DNA of 64,000 nt from Escherichia coli (GTDB taxonomy: Bacteria; Pseudomonadota; Gammaproteobacteria; Enterobacterales; Enterobacteriaceae), in the NCBI RefSeq assembly GCF_003334305.1, contig NZ_QOWS01000008.1, one strand, 5' to 3'. The translations under genes and the position numbers were made by a program. Shown in pieces: positions 1-15,002 of this stretch. The notes below the pieces were generated by a model. That model was not told the origin of the DNA, did not search any database, and saw only the letters and a list, made by a program, of their open reading frames with translations. The first letter of the stretch is position 1. Each line of letters begins with the position of its first letter.

Positions 1-269
<269 letters not shown>

Positions 270-282
270 TTAACCCTTAGGC

Positions 283-2409
<2,127 letters not shown>

Positions 2410-2493
2410 TTATCTTTTAGGCGTTCAATTTAAGTAGCCCAAAGCGGGCTGCTTACTGGAAGCGCCCGCCTGGTGACTAAAACTCCGAAGGGA

Positions 2494-2979
<486 letters not shown>

Positions 2980-3060
2980 TTAATTCAGGATTGTCCAAAA
3001 CTCTACGAGTTTAGTTTGACATTTAAGTTAAAACGTTTGGCCTTACTTAACGGAGAACCA

Positions 3061-3534
<474 letters not shown>

Positions 3535-3560
3535 TCAAGAAATATACAACGATCCCGCCA

Positions 3561-3848
3561 TCACCAGGCCATCTGGCTGGAGTGCTTAACCGTAAGTCTG
3601 ACGAAATCAGTATAGTCAATGGGAATAATGTCGTTCGAAATTTGACCAGTCAAACCGCGGGCAATAAGGTCTTCGTTCAGGGCATAGACCTTAATGGGGG
3701 CATTACGCAGACTTTCAAGGTAGCGGTTACCGTCAACTGCGGCAGTTACACCATCTTGCAATAATAGCAGTTCGTCGCCCTCACTGAGCAGACGCAGCAG
3801 CGCAGCAAAATCCGTCAGCCAGGGTGAACGATGTAATGTGTGCAGCAT
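3561..3848 (-). CDS. tusB: Sulfur relay protein TusB
   Basis: 95-aa [24 protein letters not shown]...; last gene of the yheO-tusDCB cluster upstream of rpsL. Confidence 0.9.
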   Translation of the reverse strand: MLHTLHRSPWLTDFAALLRLLSEGDELLLLQDGVTAAVDGNRYLESLRNAPIKVYALNEDLIARGLTGQISNDIIPIDYTDFVRLTVKHSSQMAW

Positions 3849-3855
3849 AAACGCC

Positions 3856-4214
3856 TCAAAACCTCAAAATAACATCGTAGTTGGCGAGTTCGCGGCGTAA
3901 GGCATCTGCTTCGAGCGGCGTGGCTTCGACAACAAAGGGTGTCTGCGGATCTAACCCGCGTTCGCGCAGTGAAGCCGCACAAACCCAGCACTGTTCAATG
4001 TCGTACAGACCCAACAATTTAAAAGTGGCAATGTAATCACGCGCCAGCACTGCATCGGGCTTTTGTCCTGACAGCAGCTGAAAAACGCCATCAGCGATAA
4101 AGAAGACGGCCAGATCGTCAGTTAATGCGGAAGTTGCCAGTAAAGCATCTAAACCTTCCCGACCAGCAGCTGTACCATGAGGTGCAGTAGAAAAAACAAA
4201 CGCAATTCGTTTCA

Positions 4215-4215
<1 letters not shown>
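3856..4215 (-). CDS. tusC: Sulfur relay protein TusC
   Basis: 119-aa [29 protein letters not shown]...; DsrE/DsrF-like; start overlaps the tusD stop. Confidence 0.9.
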
Positions 4216-5323
<1,108 letters not shown>

Positions 5324-5450
5324 GAAAAAAAACACTCCTTTTCAGGAGCCTGTCGTTAACTTTTCAGGGCAGGCTCATTAATGATGCGGGTAACTAAATT
5401 AATACAGCGGAGGTTCCGCTTTCCAGCACTAATTATATCCGGCCTGTAAT

Positions 5451-5480
5451 AAAAAAACCGCCGCCTGGTCAGGCGGCGGT
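5451..5480 (-). terminator. Rho-independent terminator downstream of fkpA
   Basis: GC-rich inverted repeat accgccgcctg/caggcggcggt, with an A-run on the plus strand that reads as a U-run after the hairpin on the minus strand. Confidence 0.7.
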
Positions 5481-5489
5481 TCTTAATGC

Positions 5490-6302
5490 TTATTTTTTAG
5501 CAGAATCTGCGGCTTTCGCATCAGCTTCCGGCTTTGCATCAGCCTTCGGCGCTGGTTTCACATCCAGCAGCTCTACGTCAAACACCAGGGTAGAATTCGG
5601 TGGGATCCCCGGAACACCCGCTTTGCCGTAAGCCAGTTCTGGTGGAATAACCAGTTTGATCTTACCGCCTTTCTTGATGTTCTTCAGACCTTCTGTCCAA
5701 CCCGGGATAACACCGTCCAGACGGAAAGAAAGCGGTTCACCACGGGTGTAAGAGTTGTCGAACTCTTTACCGTCGATCAGCGTACCTTTGTAGTTCACTA
5801 CAACAGTATCGCTGTCTTTCGGTGCTTCGCCTTTACCGGCTTCTACTACCTGATAAACCAGACCAGTTGAAGAGGTTTTCACACCTTTCTCTTTGGCAAA
5901 TTTCTCGCGGTACTCTTTACCTTTTGCTTCGTTATCAGCCGCGTCTTTTTCCATCTTCGCCTGAGCAGAAGACTTCACGCGAGCTTCGAATGCTTGCAGA
6001 GTCTGTTCGATCTCTTGGTCGGAGAGTTTGCTCTTATCAGCAAATGCATCCTGAACACCAGCGATCAGCTGATCTTTATCCAGTTTGATGCCCAGTTTTT
6101 CTTGTTCTTTTAGAGAGTTTTCCATGTAACGACCCAGCGAGGCACCCAGTGCATAAGCTGATTTCTGATCGTCATTTTTGAACGCTGCTTTGCTGTCAGC
6201 AGTTGTAGCAGGTTTTGCAGCTTCAGCAGCAAAAGTGATTGGTGCATGCAGGGCAACGGCCATTGTGGTCGCCAGCAGCGTTACTTTAAACAGTGATTTC
6301 AT
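5490..6302 (-). CDS. fkpA: FKBP-type peptidyl-prolyl cis-trans isomerase FkpA (periplasmic)
   Basis: 270-aa ORF with signal peptide MKSLFKVTLLATTMAVALHAPITFA and C-terminal FKBP domain (...YKGTLIDGKEFDNSYTRGEPLSFRLDGVIPGWTEGL...). Confidence 0.95.
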   Translation of the reverse strand: MKSLFKVTLLATTMAVALHAPITFAAEAAKPATTADSKAAFKNDDQKSAYALGASLGRYMENSLKEQEKLGIKLDKDQLIAGVQDAFADKSKLSDQEIEQTLQAFEARVKSSAQAKMEKDAADNEAKGKEYREKFAKEKGVKTSSTGLVYQVVEAGKGEAPKDSDTVVVNYKGTLIDGKEFDNSYTRGEPLSFRLDGVIPGWTEGLKNIKKGGKIKLVIPPELAYGKAGVPGIPPNSTLVFDVELLDVKPAPKADAKPEADAKAADSAKK

Positions 6303-6522
6303 CCATATCTCCAGGATCGGGGCATCTCACCCCAGGGTTAACTATTATCAGAAGGGTACTATAAAGCGTTGTCGAACAAATCTACATACAGACACGCCCT
6401 ATTATCATCTATTTTCAGACTCTTTTTGTTTAAATTAGTTTCGATGACCGCGAAATGAGTGCTGTCTCGGGCAGCAAAGTTAAGTAGAATCCGCGGCGAC
6501 CATTCGACAAAAGAGGTGAATC

Positions 6523-6741
6523 ATGCAGGATTTATCATTGGAAACACGCCTGGCAGAGCTGGAGAGCCGACTGGCTTTTCAGGAAATCACCATTGAAGAA
6601 CTGAACGTCACGGTGACCGCTCATGAAATGGAGATGGCGAAACTGCGCGATCATCTGCGTCTGCTGACCGAGAAGTTAAAAGCCAGCCAGCCGTCGAACA
6701 TCGCGTCGCAGGCTGAGGAAACGCCACCGCCACATTATTGA
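6523..6741 (+). CDS. slyX: Protein SlyX
   Basis: 72-aa [51 protein letters not shown]... Confidence 0.9.
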   Translation: MQDLSLETRLAELESRLAFQEITIEELNVTVTAHEMEMAKLRDHLRLLTEKLKASQPSNIASQAEETPPPHY

Positions 6742-6746
6742 GGCGT

Positions 6747-6773
6747 AAAAAAAGCGGGGATTCCCCGCTTTTT
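6747..6773. terminator. Bidirectional intrinsic terminator between convergent slyX and slyD
   Basis: aaaaaa-gcgggg-att-ccccgc-tttttt: a perfect hairpin flanked by an A-run and a T-run, so it works on either strand. Confidence 0.75.
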
Positions 6774-6789
6774 TGTCACCTTTTCGGTA

Positions 6790-7380
6790 TTAGTGGCAAC
6801 CACAACCGCCGTTGCCTTTACCGCCACAGCAACCTTCGCCACCGTGTTCATGACCGTGATCGTGGCCATGACCGCCGCAGCAACCGTCGTGGTCGTGATC
6901 GTGGTGATGATCGTGCGCGCCGTGAACGTGGCCATGAGCCAGTTCTTCTTCGGTCGCTTCGCGAATCGCCACAACTTCAACGTTGAATTTCAGGTTCTGA
7001 CCGGCCAGCATGTGGTTACCATCAACCACGACGTGATCGTCTTCAACCGCAGTGATTTCAACCGGTACCGGACCCTGGTCAGTTTCAGCCAGGAAACGCA
7101 TACCTACCTGCAGTTCATCAACGCCCATAAATACGTCTTTAGGAACACGTTGCACCAGGTTTTCGTCGTACTGACCGTAAGCGTCGTTCGCGCCAACAGC
7201 GACATCAAATTTGTCGCCAACTTCATGACCTTCCAGCGCCGTTTCCAGGCCAGAGATCAGGGAACCGTGACCATGCAGGTAGTCCAGCGGCGCACTCACC
7301 GGAGACTCATCAACCAACACACCGTCTTCTGTACGTACCTGATAGGCCAGGCTGACCACCAGGTCTTTTGCTACTTTCAT
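6790..7380 (-). CDS. slyD: FKBP-type peptidyl-prolyl isomerase / metallochaperone SlyD
   Basis: 196-aa ORF MKVAKDLVVSLAYQVRTEDGVLVDESPVSAPLDYLHGHGSLISGLETALEGHEVGDKF... with the characteristic His/Cys/Gly-rich C-terminal tail. Confidence 0.95.
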   Translation of the reverse strand: MKVAKDLVVSLAYQVRTEDGVLVDESPVSAPLDYLHGHGSLISGLETALEGHEVGDKFDVAVGANDAYGQYDENLVQRVPKDVFMGVDELQVGMRFLAETDQGPVPVEITAVEDDHVVVDGNHMLAGQNLKFNVEVVAIREATEEELAHGHVHGAHDHHHDHDHDGCCGGHGHDHGHEHGGEGCCGGKGNGGCGCH

Positions 7381-7474
7381 GATATCTCCTGAGCATGGGA
7401 AGAATAGTGGCGCAGATTGTAGCGGAATTCTGCAGCCGTGTACTCACTAGCTTAAAAAAACTCGGCGCATATCG

Positions 7475-7675
7475 CTAGTCCGGATGAAAAATCCCGATCA
7501 CTTGCTCATCTTTGCGAACGTGATCGCGGGCTTCTTTGTCTGCTTCTCGCATCTGGTGTCCGCACTTAACGCATTCAACAATATCAATATTATTTTCGCG
7601 CCACATCGCCATTGAATCCTGCGCCTGACAGGCCGGGCATTTTGCGCCCGCAATAAAACGTTTTCGGATTGCCAT
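7475..7675 (-). CDS. yheV: Small zinc-ribbon protein YheV
   Basis: 66-aa ORF MAIRKRFIAGAKCPACQAQDSMAMWRENNIDIVECVKCGH...; two CxxC pairs. Confidence 0.85.
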   Translation of the reverse strand: MAIRKRFIAGAKCPACQAQDSMAMWRENNIDIVECVKCGHQMREADKEARDHVRKDEQVIGIFHPD

Positions 7676-7684
7676 CTTTACCCT

Positions 7685-9490
7685 CTACTCAAATTCATCC
7701 CAGCCGTCCAGCTGGCGTCGTTCTTGTTGCATTTCACGCTGGAAAATCTCTTCCAGTTCGCGTCGGGCTTCCCTGGCGCGAGAAATTTGTACGGTATCGG
7801 CATGCATTGGGATGAGCTCTCGCAGCATCCGCATATCCAGGCGGCGAAAATGCAGTTGCGCCCGCTGTGCCTGATGCGGATGCATGCCAAGCGTGACCAG
7901 CGTCTTGCGCCCCAGCTCTAACGCACTGGAGAATGTTTCACGGGAAAACTGCGTCACCCCTGCCTGTAATAACTCATGCGCTTCCACACGTCCGCGCGCT
8001 CGCGCAAGAATATGCAAATGCGGAAAGTGCTGCTGGCATATTTCCACCAGCTTCATGGTGTCTTCCGGCTCGTTACAGGTAATGACGATAGACTCAGCGG
8101 CCTCTGCACCCGCAGAACGTAAAAGATCGACCTGCGTGGCGTCGCCGTAATAAACTTTGTAGCCATATTTACGCATCAGGTTAACGGCGCTGATATCCCG
8201 CTCCAGCACGGTAATGCGCATTTTATTTGCCATCAGCAAACGACCAATCACCTGACCAAAACGCCCGAAGCCCACGACAATGACCTGGGGTTTATCATCG
8301 TTGACCCACGGTTTTTCGTCTTCTTCTTCCGGTCCGTTAAACTGGCGGGATAGCCATTTATCCACCAGCTTCATCAGCAACGGCGTGGTCATCATGGAAA
8401 GCGTCACCGTCACCAGCAACAGCGCCATCTGGTCGCCCTGGAATAAACGTTGTGAAGAAGCGGTAGAAAAGAGGACAAAGGCAAACTCACCGCCCTGACT
8501 CAACACGCCAGCAAACTGCATCCGCTCTGAGCTACGCACGCCATACAATCGCGCCAGCAGATACAGCACGAGAATTTTCACCGCCACCAGCACAACCACG
8601 CTTATCACTACCCACAACAGATGGGTATAAAGCACCCCGAGGTTGAGCGACATGCCGACAGAGATAAAGAACAAACCGAGCAGCAAGCCTTTGAAGGGAT
8701 CGATAGCCGTTTCCAGTTCATGGCGATATTCACTTTCCGCCAGCAGCACGCCCGCAATAAATGTACCGAGCGCCATCGACAGCCCCAGCGCATCCATAAA
8801 CAATGCGGAACCCAACACCAGCAGCAGCGTCGCGGCGGTGAACACTTCCCGCACGCCAGAAGCTGCAATAAAGCGGAATACCGGACGCAGTAAATAGCGC
8901 CCGCCAATCAGCATGCCGACAAACGCCAGCACCTTCATGCCGATCTTCATCCAGTCGAAATGTTCGTCTGCCGAACCCGCCAACAACGGCACTAACGCCA
9001 GTGCCGGGATCACCGCCAGATCCTGAAACAGCAGAACCGAAAACCCGAGCTGCCCGGATTCGCTGCGATTCATCCCTTTCTCACGCATCAATTGCAACGC
9101 CATTGCAGTTGAAGACATCGCAAGGCCAATGCCACCGACAACCGCCGCCTGCCAGGCGAAATCCGTCAGCATCAATAATCCCGCCAGCAACGCCGCGCTT
9201 AACAGCACCTGTGCCGCGCCTACGCCAAAAATCGAACGCCGCAGTTGCCAAAGTTTGGAGGGATTCAACTCAAGACCGATGATAAACATCAGGAATACCA
9301 CGCCGAGTTCCGAAAAGTGGAGGATCTCATCGACGTCGCTAATAAACCCCAGCCCCCATGGACCAATTGCAATTCCTGCCAGCAAATATCCCAACACAGC
9401 GCCAATACCCAGCCGCGATGCCAGCGGCACCGCAGCCACCGCCGCGAAGAGAAACAGCACTCCTGCGAGTAAAAAATCGGAACCTTCCAT
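7685..9490 (-). CDS. kefB: Glutathione-regulated K+ efflux system protein KefB
   Basis: 601-aa [52 protein letters not shown]...; membrane domain plus C-terminal KTN/Rossmann domain ([11 protein letters not shown]). Confidence 0.95.
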
Positions 9491-10044
9491 CAGCGGCCTC
9501 CTGGAGACAGCGGATTTGCCAGCCAGTCACCGTAGGCTCTGGCGTGACTCGCCAGCTCCTGTGCGCTTTGCCGTCTCGCCCAGTAAATAATGATGGGACT
9601 TAACCAATGCATCCGGCACATGCCCGCCGCCAGTTCAAAGGGACGCAGAACATCGCTCATCGGGTAGCGATTCAATGCGTCATAACGGTAAGCACTTTCC
9701 GGCTCGCCGGTGGTAATCACGCTACGCCAGTACTTTCCCGCCAGTTGGTTTCCTCCCGGCCCGCTGGCAAAACCACGACTTAATACCCGGTCCAGCCACT
9801 CTTTCAGTAGCGCCGGGCAGCTATAGGTATAAAGAGGATGCTGAAAGACAATCACCTCGTGCTCGCGCAGTAATGCCTGCTCACGGGGGATATCAATAAA
9901 AAAATCGGGATAGTGCGCATAAAGGTCGTGCACGGTAACATTGCTGAGCTGCGTGGCCGGTTTAAGCAGTACCCGGTTTGCCACCGAGTCCTGAGATTCC
10001 GGATGGGCATACAGCAGCAAAACTTTCGCTGGCTGAGACATCAT
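9490..10044 (-). CDS. kefG: KefB ancillary protein KefG (NAD(P)H quinone oxidoreductase-like)
   Basis: 184-aa [32 protein letters not shown]...; stop overlaps the kefB start (translational coupling). Confidence 0.92.
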
Positions 10045-10171
10045 CCCCCTCCCGGTATGGTTTTTGTGTATAGTCGCTGTTTTGGGCTACCATTGCGCCC
10101 GGTGCGGCAGCTCGCCCATACATTACATTATCATAATGATAAGTTAACATAGTCTGAACATACGGCGCCTT

Positions 10172-12085
10172 ATGATTGTTTTCTCCTCGTTACAAATTCG
10201 TCGCGGCGTGCGCGTCCTGCTGGATAATGCCACCGCCACCATCAACCCTGGGCAGAAAGTCGGCCTGGTGGGTAAAAACGGCTGTGGTAAATCTACCCTG
10301 CTGGCATTGCTGAAAAATGAAATCAGCGCCGACGGCGGCAGCTACACCTTTCCGGGAAGCTGGCAACTGGCGTGGGTGAATCAGGAAACGCCGGCGTTAC
10401 CGCAAGCGGCGCTGGAATATGTCATTGACGGCGACCGTGAATATCGTCAACTAGAAGCGCAGCTACACGACGCCAACGAACGTAACGACGGGCACGCCAT
10501 TGCGACCATTCATGGCAAGCTGGATGCTATTGACGCATGGAGTATTCGCTCCCGTGCCGCCAGCCTGCTGCACGGCCTCGGTTTCAGCAATGAACAACTG
10601 GAGCGCCCGGTAAGTGATTTCTCCGGTGGCTGGCGTATGCGTCTTAACCTTGCCCAGGCGCTGATTTGCCGTTCAGACTTGCTGCTGCTAGACGAACCGA
10701 CTAACCACCTCGATCTCGATGCCGTTATCTGGCTGGAAAAATGGTTGAAGAGCTATCAGGGCACGCTGATCCTGATCTCTCACGACCGCGACTTCCTCGA
10801 TCCGATCGTTGATAAAATTATTCATATCGAACAACAAAGCATGTTCGAGTACACCGGCAACTACAGTTCGTTTGAAGTACAGCGCGCCACCCGTCTGGCG
10901 CAGCAACAAGCGATGTATGAAAGCCAGCAGGAACGCGTAGCGCATCTGCAAAGTTATATCGACCGTTTCCGTGCCAAAGCCACCAAAGCGAAGCAGGCCC
11001 AGAGCCGCATTAAGATGCTCGAGCGTATGGAGCTGATTGCCCCCGCGCACGTCGACAACCCGTTCCGCTTTAGCTTCCGCGCGCCGGAAAGCCTGCCAAA
11101 TCCGTTACTGAAGATGGAAAAAGTCAGCGCGGGCTATGGCGATCGCATTATTCTCGACTCGATTAAACTGAACCTGGTGCCCGGCTCGCGCATTGGTCTG
11201 TTAGGCCGCAACGGCGCGGGTAAATCGACATTAATCAAACTGTTAGCCGGTGAACTTGCGCCAGTCAGCGGTGAAATTGGTCTGGCGAAAGGGATCAAGC
11301 TCGGCTACTTCGCCCAGCATCAACTTGAATACCTGCGCGCCGACGAATCACCTATTCAACATCTGGCACGTTTAGCGCCGCAGGAGCTGGAACAAAAACT
11401 GCGTGACTACCTCGGCGGCTTTGGTTTCCAGGGCGATAAAGTAACCGAAGAAACGCGCCGCTTCTCAGGTGGGGAAAAAGCCCGCCTGGTGCTGGCATTA
11501 ATTGTCTGGCAGCGTCCGAATCTGCTGCTGCTCGACGAACCGACTAACCACCTTGACCTCGACATGCGTCAGGCACTCACCGAAGCATTAATCGAGTTTG
11601 AAGGCGCGCTGGTTGTCGTTTCGCACGACCGTCATTTGCTGCGTTCCACCACTGACGATCTCTACCTGGTTCACGATCGTAAAGTCGAACCGTTCGACGG
11701 CGATCTGGAAGATTATCAACAGTGGTTGAGCGACGTACAAAAGCAGGAAAACCAGACCGACGAAGCGCCAAAAGAGAACGCGAACAGCGCCCAGGCACGT
11801 AAAGATCAGAAGCGTCGGGAAGCGGAGCTGCGTGCGCAAACCCAGCCGCTGCGTAAAGAGATTGCCCGTCTGGAAAAAGAGATGGAGAAGCTGAACGCGC
11901 AACTGGCGCAGGCGGAAGAGAAACTCGGCGACAGCGAACTGTATGACCAGAGCCGTAAAGCGGAGTTGACCGCCTGCCTGCAACAGCAAGCCAGCGCCAA
12001 ATCCGGCCTGGAAGAGTGCGAAATGGCGTGGCTGGAAGCCCAGGAGCAGCTTGAGCAGATGCTGCTGGAAGGCCAAAGCAACTGA
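10172..12085 (+). CDS. yheS: ABC-F family ATPase YheS
   Basis: 637-aa ORF with two ABC cassettes (Walker A GKNGCGKST and GRNGAGKST, two LSGG signature motifs) and a C-terminal coiled-coil tail. Confidence 0.93.
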   Translation: MIVFSSLQIRRGVRVLLDNATATINPGQKVGLVGKNGCGKSTLLALLKNEISADGGSYTFPGSWQLAWVNQETPALPQAALEYVIDGDREYRQLEAQLHDANERNDGHAIATIHGKLDAIDAWSIRSRAASLLHGLGFSNEQLERPVSDFSGGWRMRLNLAQALICRSDLLLLDEPTNHLDLDAVIWLEKWLKSYQGTLILISHDRDFLDPIVDKIIHIEQQSMFEYTGNYSSFEVQRATRLAQQQAMYESQQERVAHLQSYIDRFRAKATKAKQAQSRIKMLERMELIAPAHVDNPFRFSFRAPESLPNPLLKMEKVSAGYGDRIILDSIKLNLVPGSRIGLLGRNGAGKSTLIKLLAGELAPVSGEIGLAKGIKLGYFAQHQLEYLRADESPIQHLARLAPQELEQKLRDYLGGFGFQGDKVTEETRRFSGGEKARLVLALIVWQRPNLLLLDEPTNHLDLDMRQALTEALIEFEGALVVVSHDRHLLRSTTDDLYLVHDRKVEPFDGDLEDYQQWLSDVQKQENQTDEAPKENANSAQARKDQKRREAELRAQTQPLRKEIARLEKEMEKLNAQLAQAEEKLGDSELYDQSRKAELTACLQQQASAKSGLEECEMAWLEAQEQLEQMLLEGQSN

Positions 12086-13107
12086 TGGCGCAGATAACGA
12101 CGACCGATGCCAATGAATTTAGCAGCAGTGCTGAATTCACCCCTATGCGCGGCTTTAGCAATTGTCATCTACAAACTATGCTGCCGCGTTTGTTTCGTCG
12201 TCAGGTGAAATTCACCCCGTACTGGCAGCGGCTGGAGTTGCCCGACGGCGATTTTGTCGATCTCGCGTGGAGTGAAGACCCCGCACAGGCGAAACATAAA
12301 CCGCGTTTAGTGGTGTTTCACGGGCTGGAAGGCAGTCTCAATAGCCCTTACGCCCACGGTCTGGTTGAGGCGGCGCAAAAGCGCGGCTGGCTGGGCGTGG
12401 TGATGCATTTTCGCGGATGCAGCGGTGAACCAAACCGTATGCACCGCATTTACCATTCGGGCGAAACCGAAGACGCCAGTTGGTTTTTACGCTGGCTGCA
12501 ACGCGAATTTGGTCATGCGCCAACGGCTGCCGTCGGCTATTCGCTCGGCGGTAATATGCTGGCCTGTTTGCTAGCAAAGGAAGGCAATGATCTCCCGGTT
12601 GATGCGGCGGTGATTGTCTCTGCGCCGTTTATGCTGGAAGCCTGTAGCTATCATATGGAAAAGGGCTTTTCCCGCGTTTATCAGCGTTACTTGCTGAACC
12701 TGTTAAAAGCCAATGCCGCGCGCAAGCTGGCAGCCTACCCCGGAACGCTGCCGATTAATCTCGCGCAGTTAAAATCGGTACGTCGCATCCGTGAATTTGA
12801 CGATCTCATCACCGCCAGAATTCACGGCTACGCCGACGCTATCGACTATTATCGTCAGTGTAGCGCCATGCCGATGCTGAACCGGATCGCCAAACCGACG
12901 CTGATTATTCACGCCAAAGACGATCCGTTTATGGATCATCAGGTGATCCCGAAACCGGAAAGTCTCCCCCCGCAGGTGGAGTATCAACTGACTGAACATG
13001 GCGGTCATGTTGGCTTTATTGGCGGTACATTACTTCATCCGCAAATGTGGCTGGAGTCACGCATTCCTGACTGGTTAACAACGTATCTGGAGGCGAAATC
13101 ATGTTGA
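12085..13107 (+). CDS. yheT: Alpha/beta-hydrolase fold protein YheT
   Basis: 340-aa [40 protein letters not shown]...; GYSLGG nucleophile elbow. Confidence 0.9.
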
Positions 13108-13319
13108 TTCCGTGGCAAGACCTCTCCCCCGAAACGCTGGAAAATTTAATTGAAAGCTTTGTGTTACGTGAAGGCACCGATTATGGTGAACATGAGCGTA
13201 CACTTGAACAGAAAGTCGCCGACGTCAAACGCCAGCTACAGTGCGGAGAAGCGGTGCTGGTATGGTCGGAGCTGCACGAAACGGTCAATATTATGCCGCG
13301 CAGTCAGTTTCGCGAATAA
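13101..13319 (+). CDS. yheU: UPF0270 protein YheU
   Basis: 72-aa [49 protein letters not shown]...; overlaps the yheT stop. Confidence 0.88.
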
Positions 13320-13372
13320 CCTGCAACCGTCGGCGGACGAGATAATAATGATAGCTAAGTCATGGAGTTACT

Positions 13373-14242
13373 ATGTCTGCCAAACATCCGGTCATTGCGG
13401 TAACAGGATCCAGCGGCGCGGGGACCACCACCACCAGCCTCGCGTTTCGTAAAATATTCGCGCAGTTAAATCTGCATGCAGCTGAGGTGGAAGGCGACAG
13501 TTTTCACCGTTACACCCGCCCGGAAATGGACATGGCGATCCGCAAAGCGCGCGACGCCGGGCGGCATATCAGCTACTTCGGCCCCGAGGCTAACGACTTC
13601 GGCCTGCTGGAACAAACCTTCATTGAATACGGTCAGAGCGGTAAAGGGAAATCTCGCAAATATCTGCATACCTACGACGAAGCCGTACCGTGGAATCAGG
13701 TACCGGGAACATTCACCCCCTGGCAATCTTTACCGGAACCCACTGATGTACTGTTTTATGAAGGTTTACACGGCGGCGTAGTCACGCCACAGCATAACGT
13801 TGCGCAGCATGTGGACTTACTGGTCGGCGTGGTGCCTATCGTTAACCTTGAGTGGATTCAAAAACTGATCCGCGACACCAGCGAGCGGGGGCACTCACGA
13901 GAAGCAGTGATGGACTCGGTAGTGCGTTCAATGGAAGATTATATCAACTACATCACACCGCAGTTTTCCCGCACCCATCTTAACTTCCAGCGCGTTCCCA
14001 CCGTCGACACTTCAAACCCGTTCGCGGCAAAAGGTATCCCGTCGCTCGATGAAAGCTTTGTGGTGATCCATTTTCGTAATCTGGAAGGGATCGATTTCCC
14101 CTGGCTGCTGGCGATGTTGCAAGGCTCATTCATTTCCCACATCAATACGTTAGTGGTACCGGGCGGCAAAATGGGTCTGGCAATGGAATTAATTATGCTG
14201 CCGCTGGTGCAACGATTGATGGAAGGAAAGAAAATCGAGTAA
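13373..14242 (+). CDS. prkB: Phosphoribulokinase homologue
   Basis: 289-aa ORF MSAKHPVIAVTGSSGAGTTTTSLAFRKIF...; P-loop, PRK/uridine-kinase family. Confidence 0.92.
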   Translation: MSAKHPVIAVTGSSGAGTTTTSLAFRKIFAQLNLHAAEVEGDSFHRYTRPEMDMAIRKARDAGRHISYFGPEANDFGLLEQTFIEYGQSGKGKSRKYLHTYDEAVPWNQVPGTFTPWQSLPEPTDVLFYEGLHGGVVTPQHNVAQHVDLLVGVVPIVNLEWIQKLIRDTSERGHSREAVMDSVVRSMEDYINYITPQFSRTHLNFQRVPTVDTSNPFAAKGIPSLDESFVVIHFRNLEGIDFPWLLAMLQGSFISHINTLVVPGGKMGLAMELIMLPLVQRLMEGKKIE

Positions 14243-14254
14243 CTCTGCTATTAC

Positions 14255-14276
14255 GCCGGATAAAATACTATCCGGC
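14255..14276. terminator. Hairpin between convergent prkB and yhfA (candidate bidirectional terminator)
   Basis: Inverted repeat gccggata...tatccggc in the 54-bp gap between the two stop codons. Confidence 0.5.
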
Positions 14277-14296
14277 TTCACAACGGGATAGTTAAA

Positions 14297-14701
14297 TCAC
14301 GCGGCAACCACTTCATACGAGTGAGTAATATTCACCGCTTTTTCCAGCATCAACGCCACTGAACAATATTTCTCAGCAGAGAGATCAACCGCACGCGCAA
14401 CCGCTGCGTCTTTCAGGTCGCGACCGGTGACGATAAAATGCAGATTAATGTGCGTAAACAGGCGTGGTGCCTCTTCGCGGCGTTCAGAGGTCAATTTTAC
14501 TTCACAATCGACCACATCCTGACGCCCTTTTTGCAGGATAGAAACCACATCGATGGCACTGCAACCCCCCGCCGCCATCAACACCATTTCCATCGGACTT
14601 GGTGCTTTATCGCCTGAGTTGCCGTCCATTAAAATCTGATGACCAGAGGCGGATTCGCCCAGAAAAGTTAACCCTTCGACCCACTTCACTCGCGCTTGCA
14701 T
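14297..14701 (-). CDS. yhfA: OsmC/Ohr-family protein YhfA
   Basis: 134-aa ORF MQARVKWVEGLTFLGESASGHQILMDGNSGDKAPSPMEMVLMAAGGCSAIDVVSILQKGRQ... Confidence 0.9.
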   Translation of the reverse strand: MQARVKWVEGLTFLGESASGHQILMDGNSGDKAPSPMEMVLMAAGGCSAIDVVSILQKGRQDVVDCEVKLTSERREEAPRLFTHINLHFIVTGRDLKDAAVARAVDLSAEKYCSVALMLEKAVNITHSYEVVAA

Positions 14702-15002
14702 TTTTGCTACTCCACTGCGTCAATTTTCCTGACAGAGTACGCGTACTAACCAAATCGCGCAACGGAAGGCGACCTGGGTCATGCTGAAGCGAGACACCAG
14801 GAGACACAAAGCGAAAGCTATGCTAAAACAGTCAGGATGCTACAGTAATACATTGATGTACTGCATGTATGCAAAGGACGTCACATTACCGTGCAGTACA
14901 GTTGATAGCCCCTTCCCAGGTAGCGGGAAGCATATTTCGGCAATCCAGAGACAGCGGCGTTATCTGGCTCTGGAGAAAGCTTATAACAGAGGATAACCGC
15001 GC

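Noticed and set aside
11577-12168. Three overlapping minus-strand ORFs (120-194 aa) at the 3' end of yheS
   Set aside because: They lie antisense to the Glu/Lys/Gln-rich coiled-coil tail of YheS, whose biased codons suppress stops on the opposite strand.
14781-14996. 71-aa ORF in the yhfA-crp intergenic region
   Set aside because: It lies in the crp leader/promoter region, has no RBS and gives an odd composition. This region is known for regulatory transcripts, not a protein gene. Kept only as a very weak small-protein possibility.
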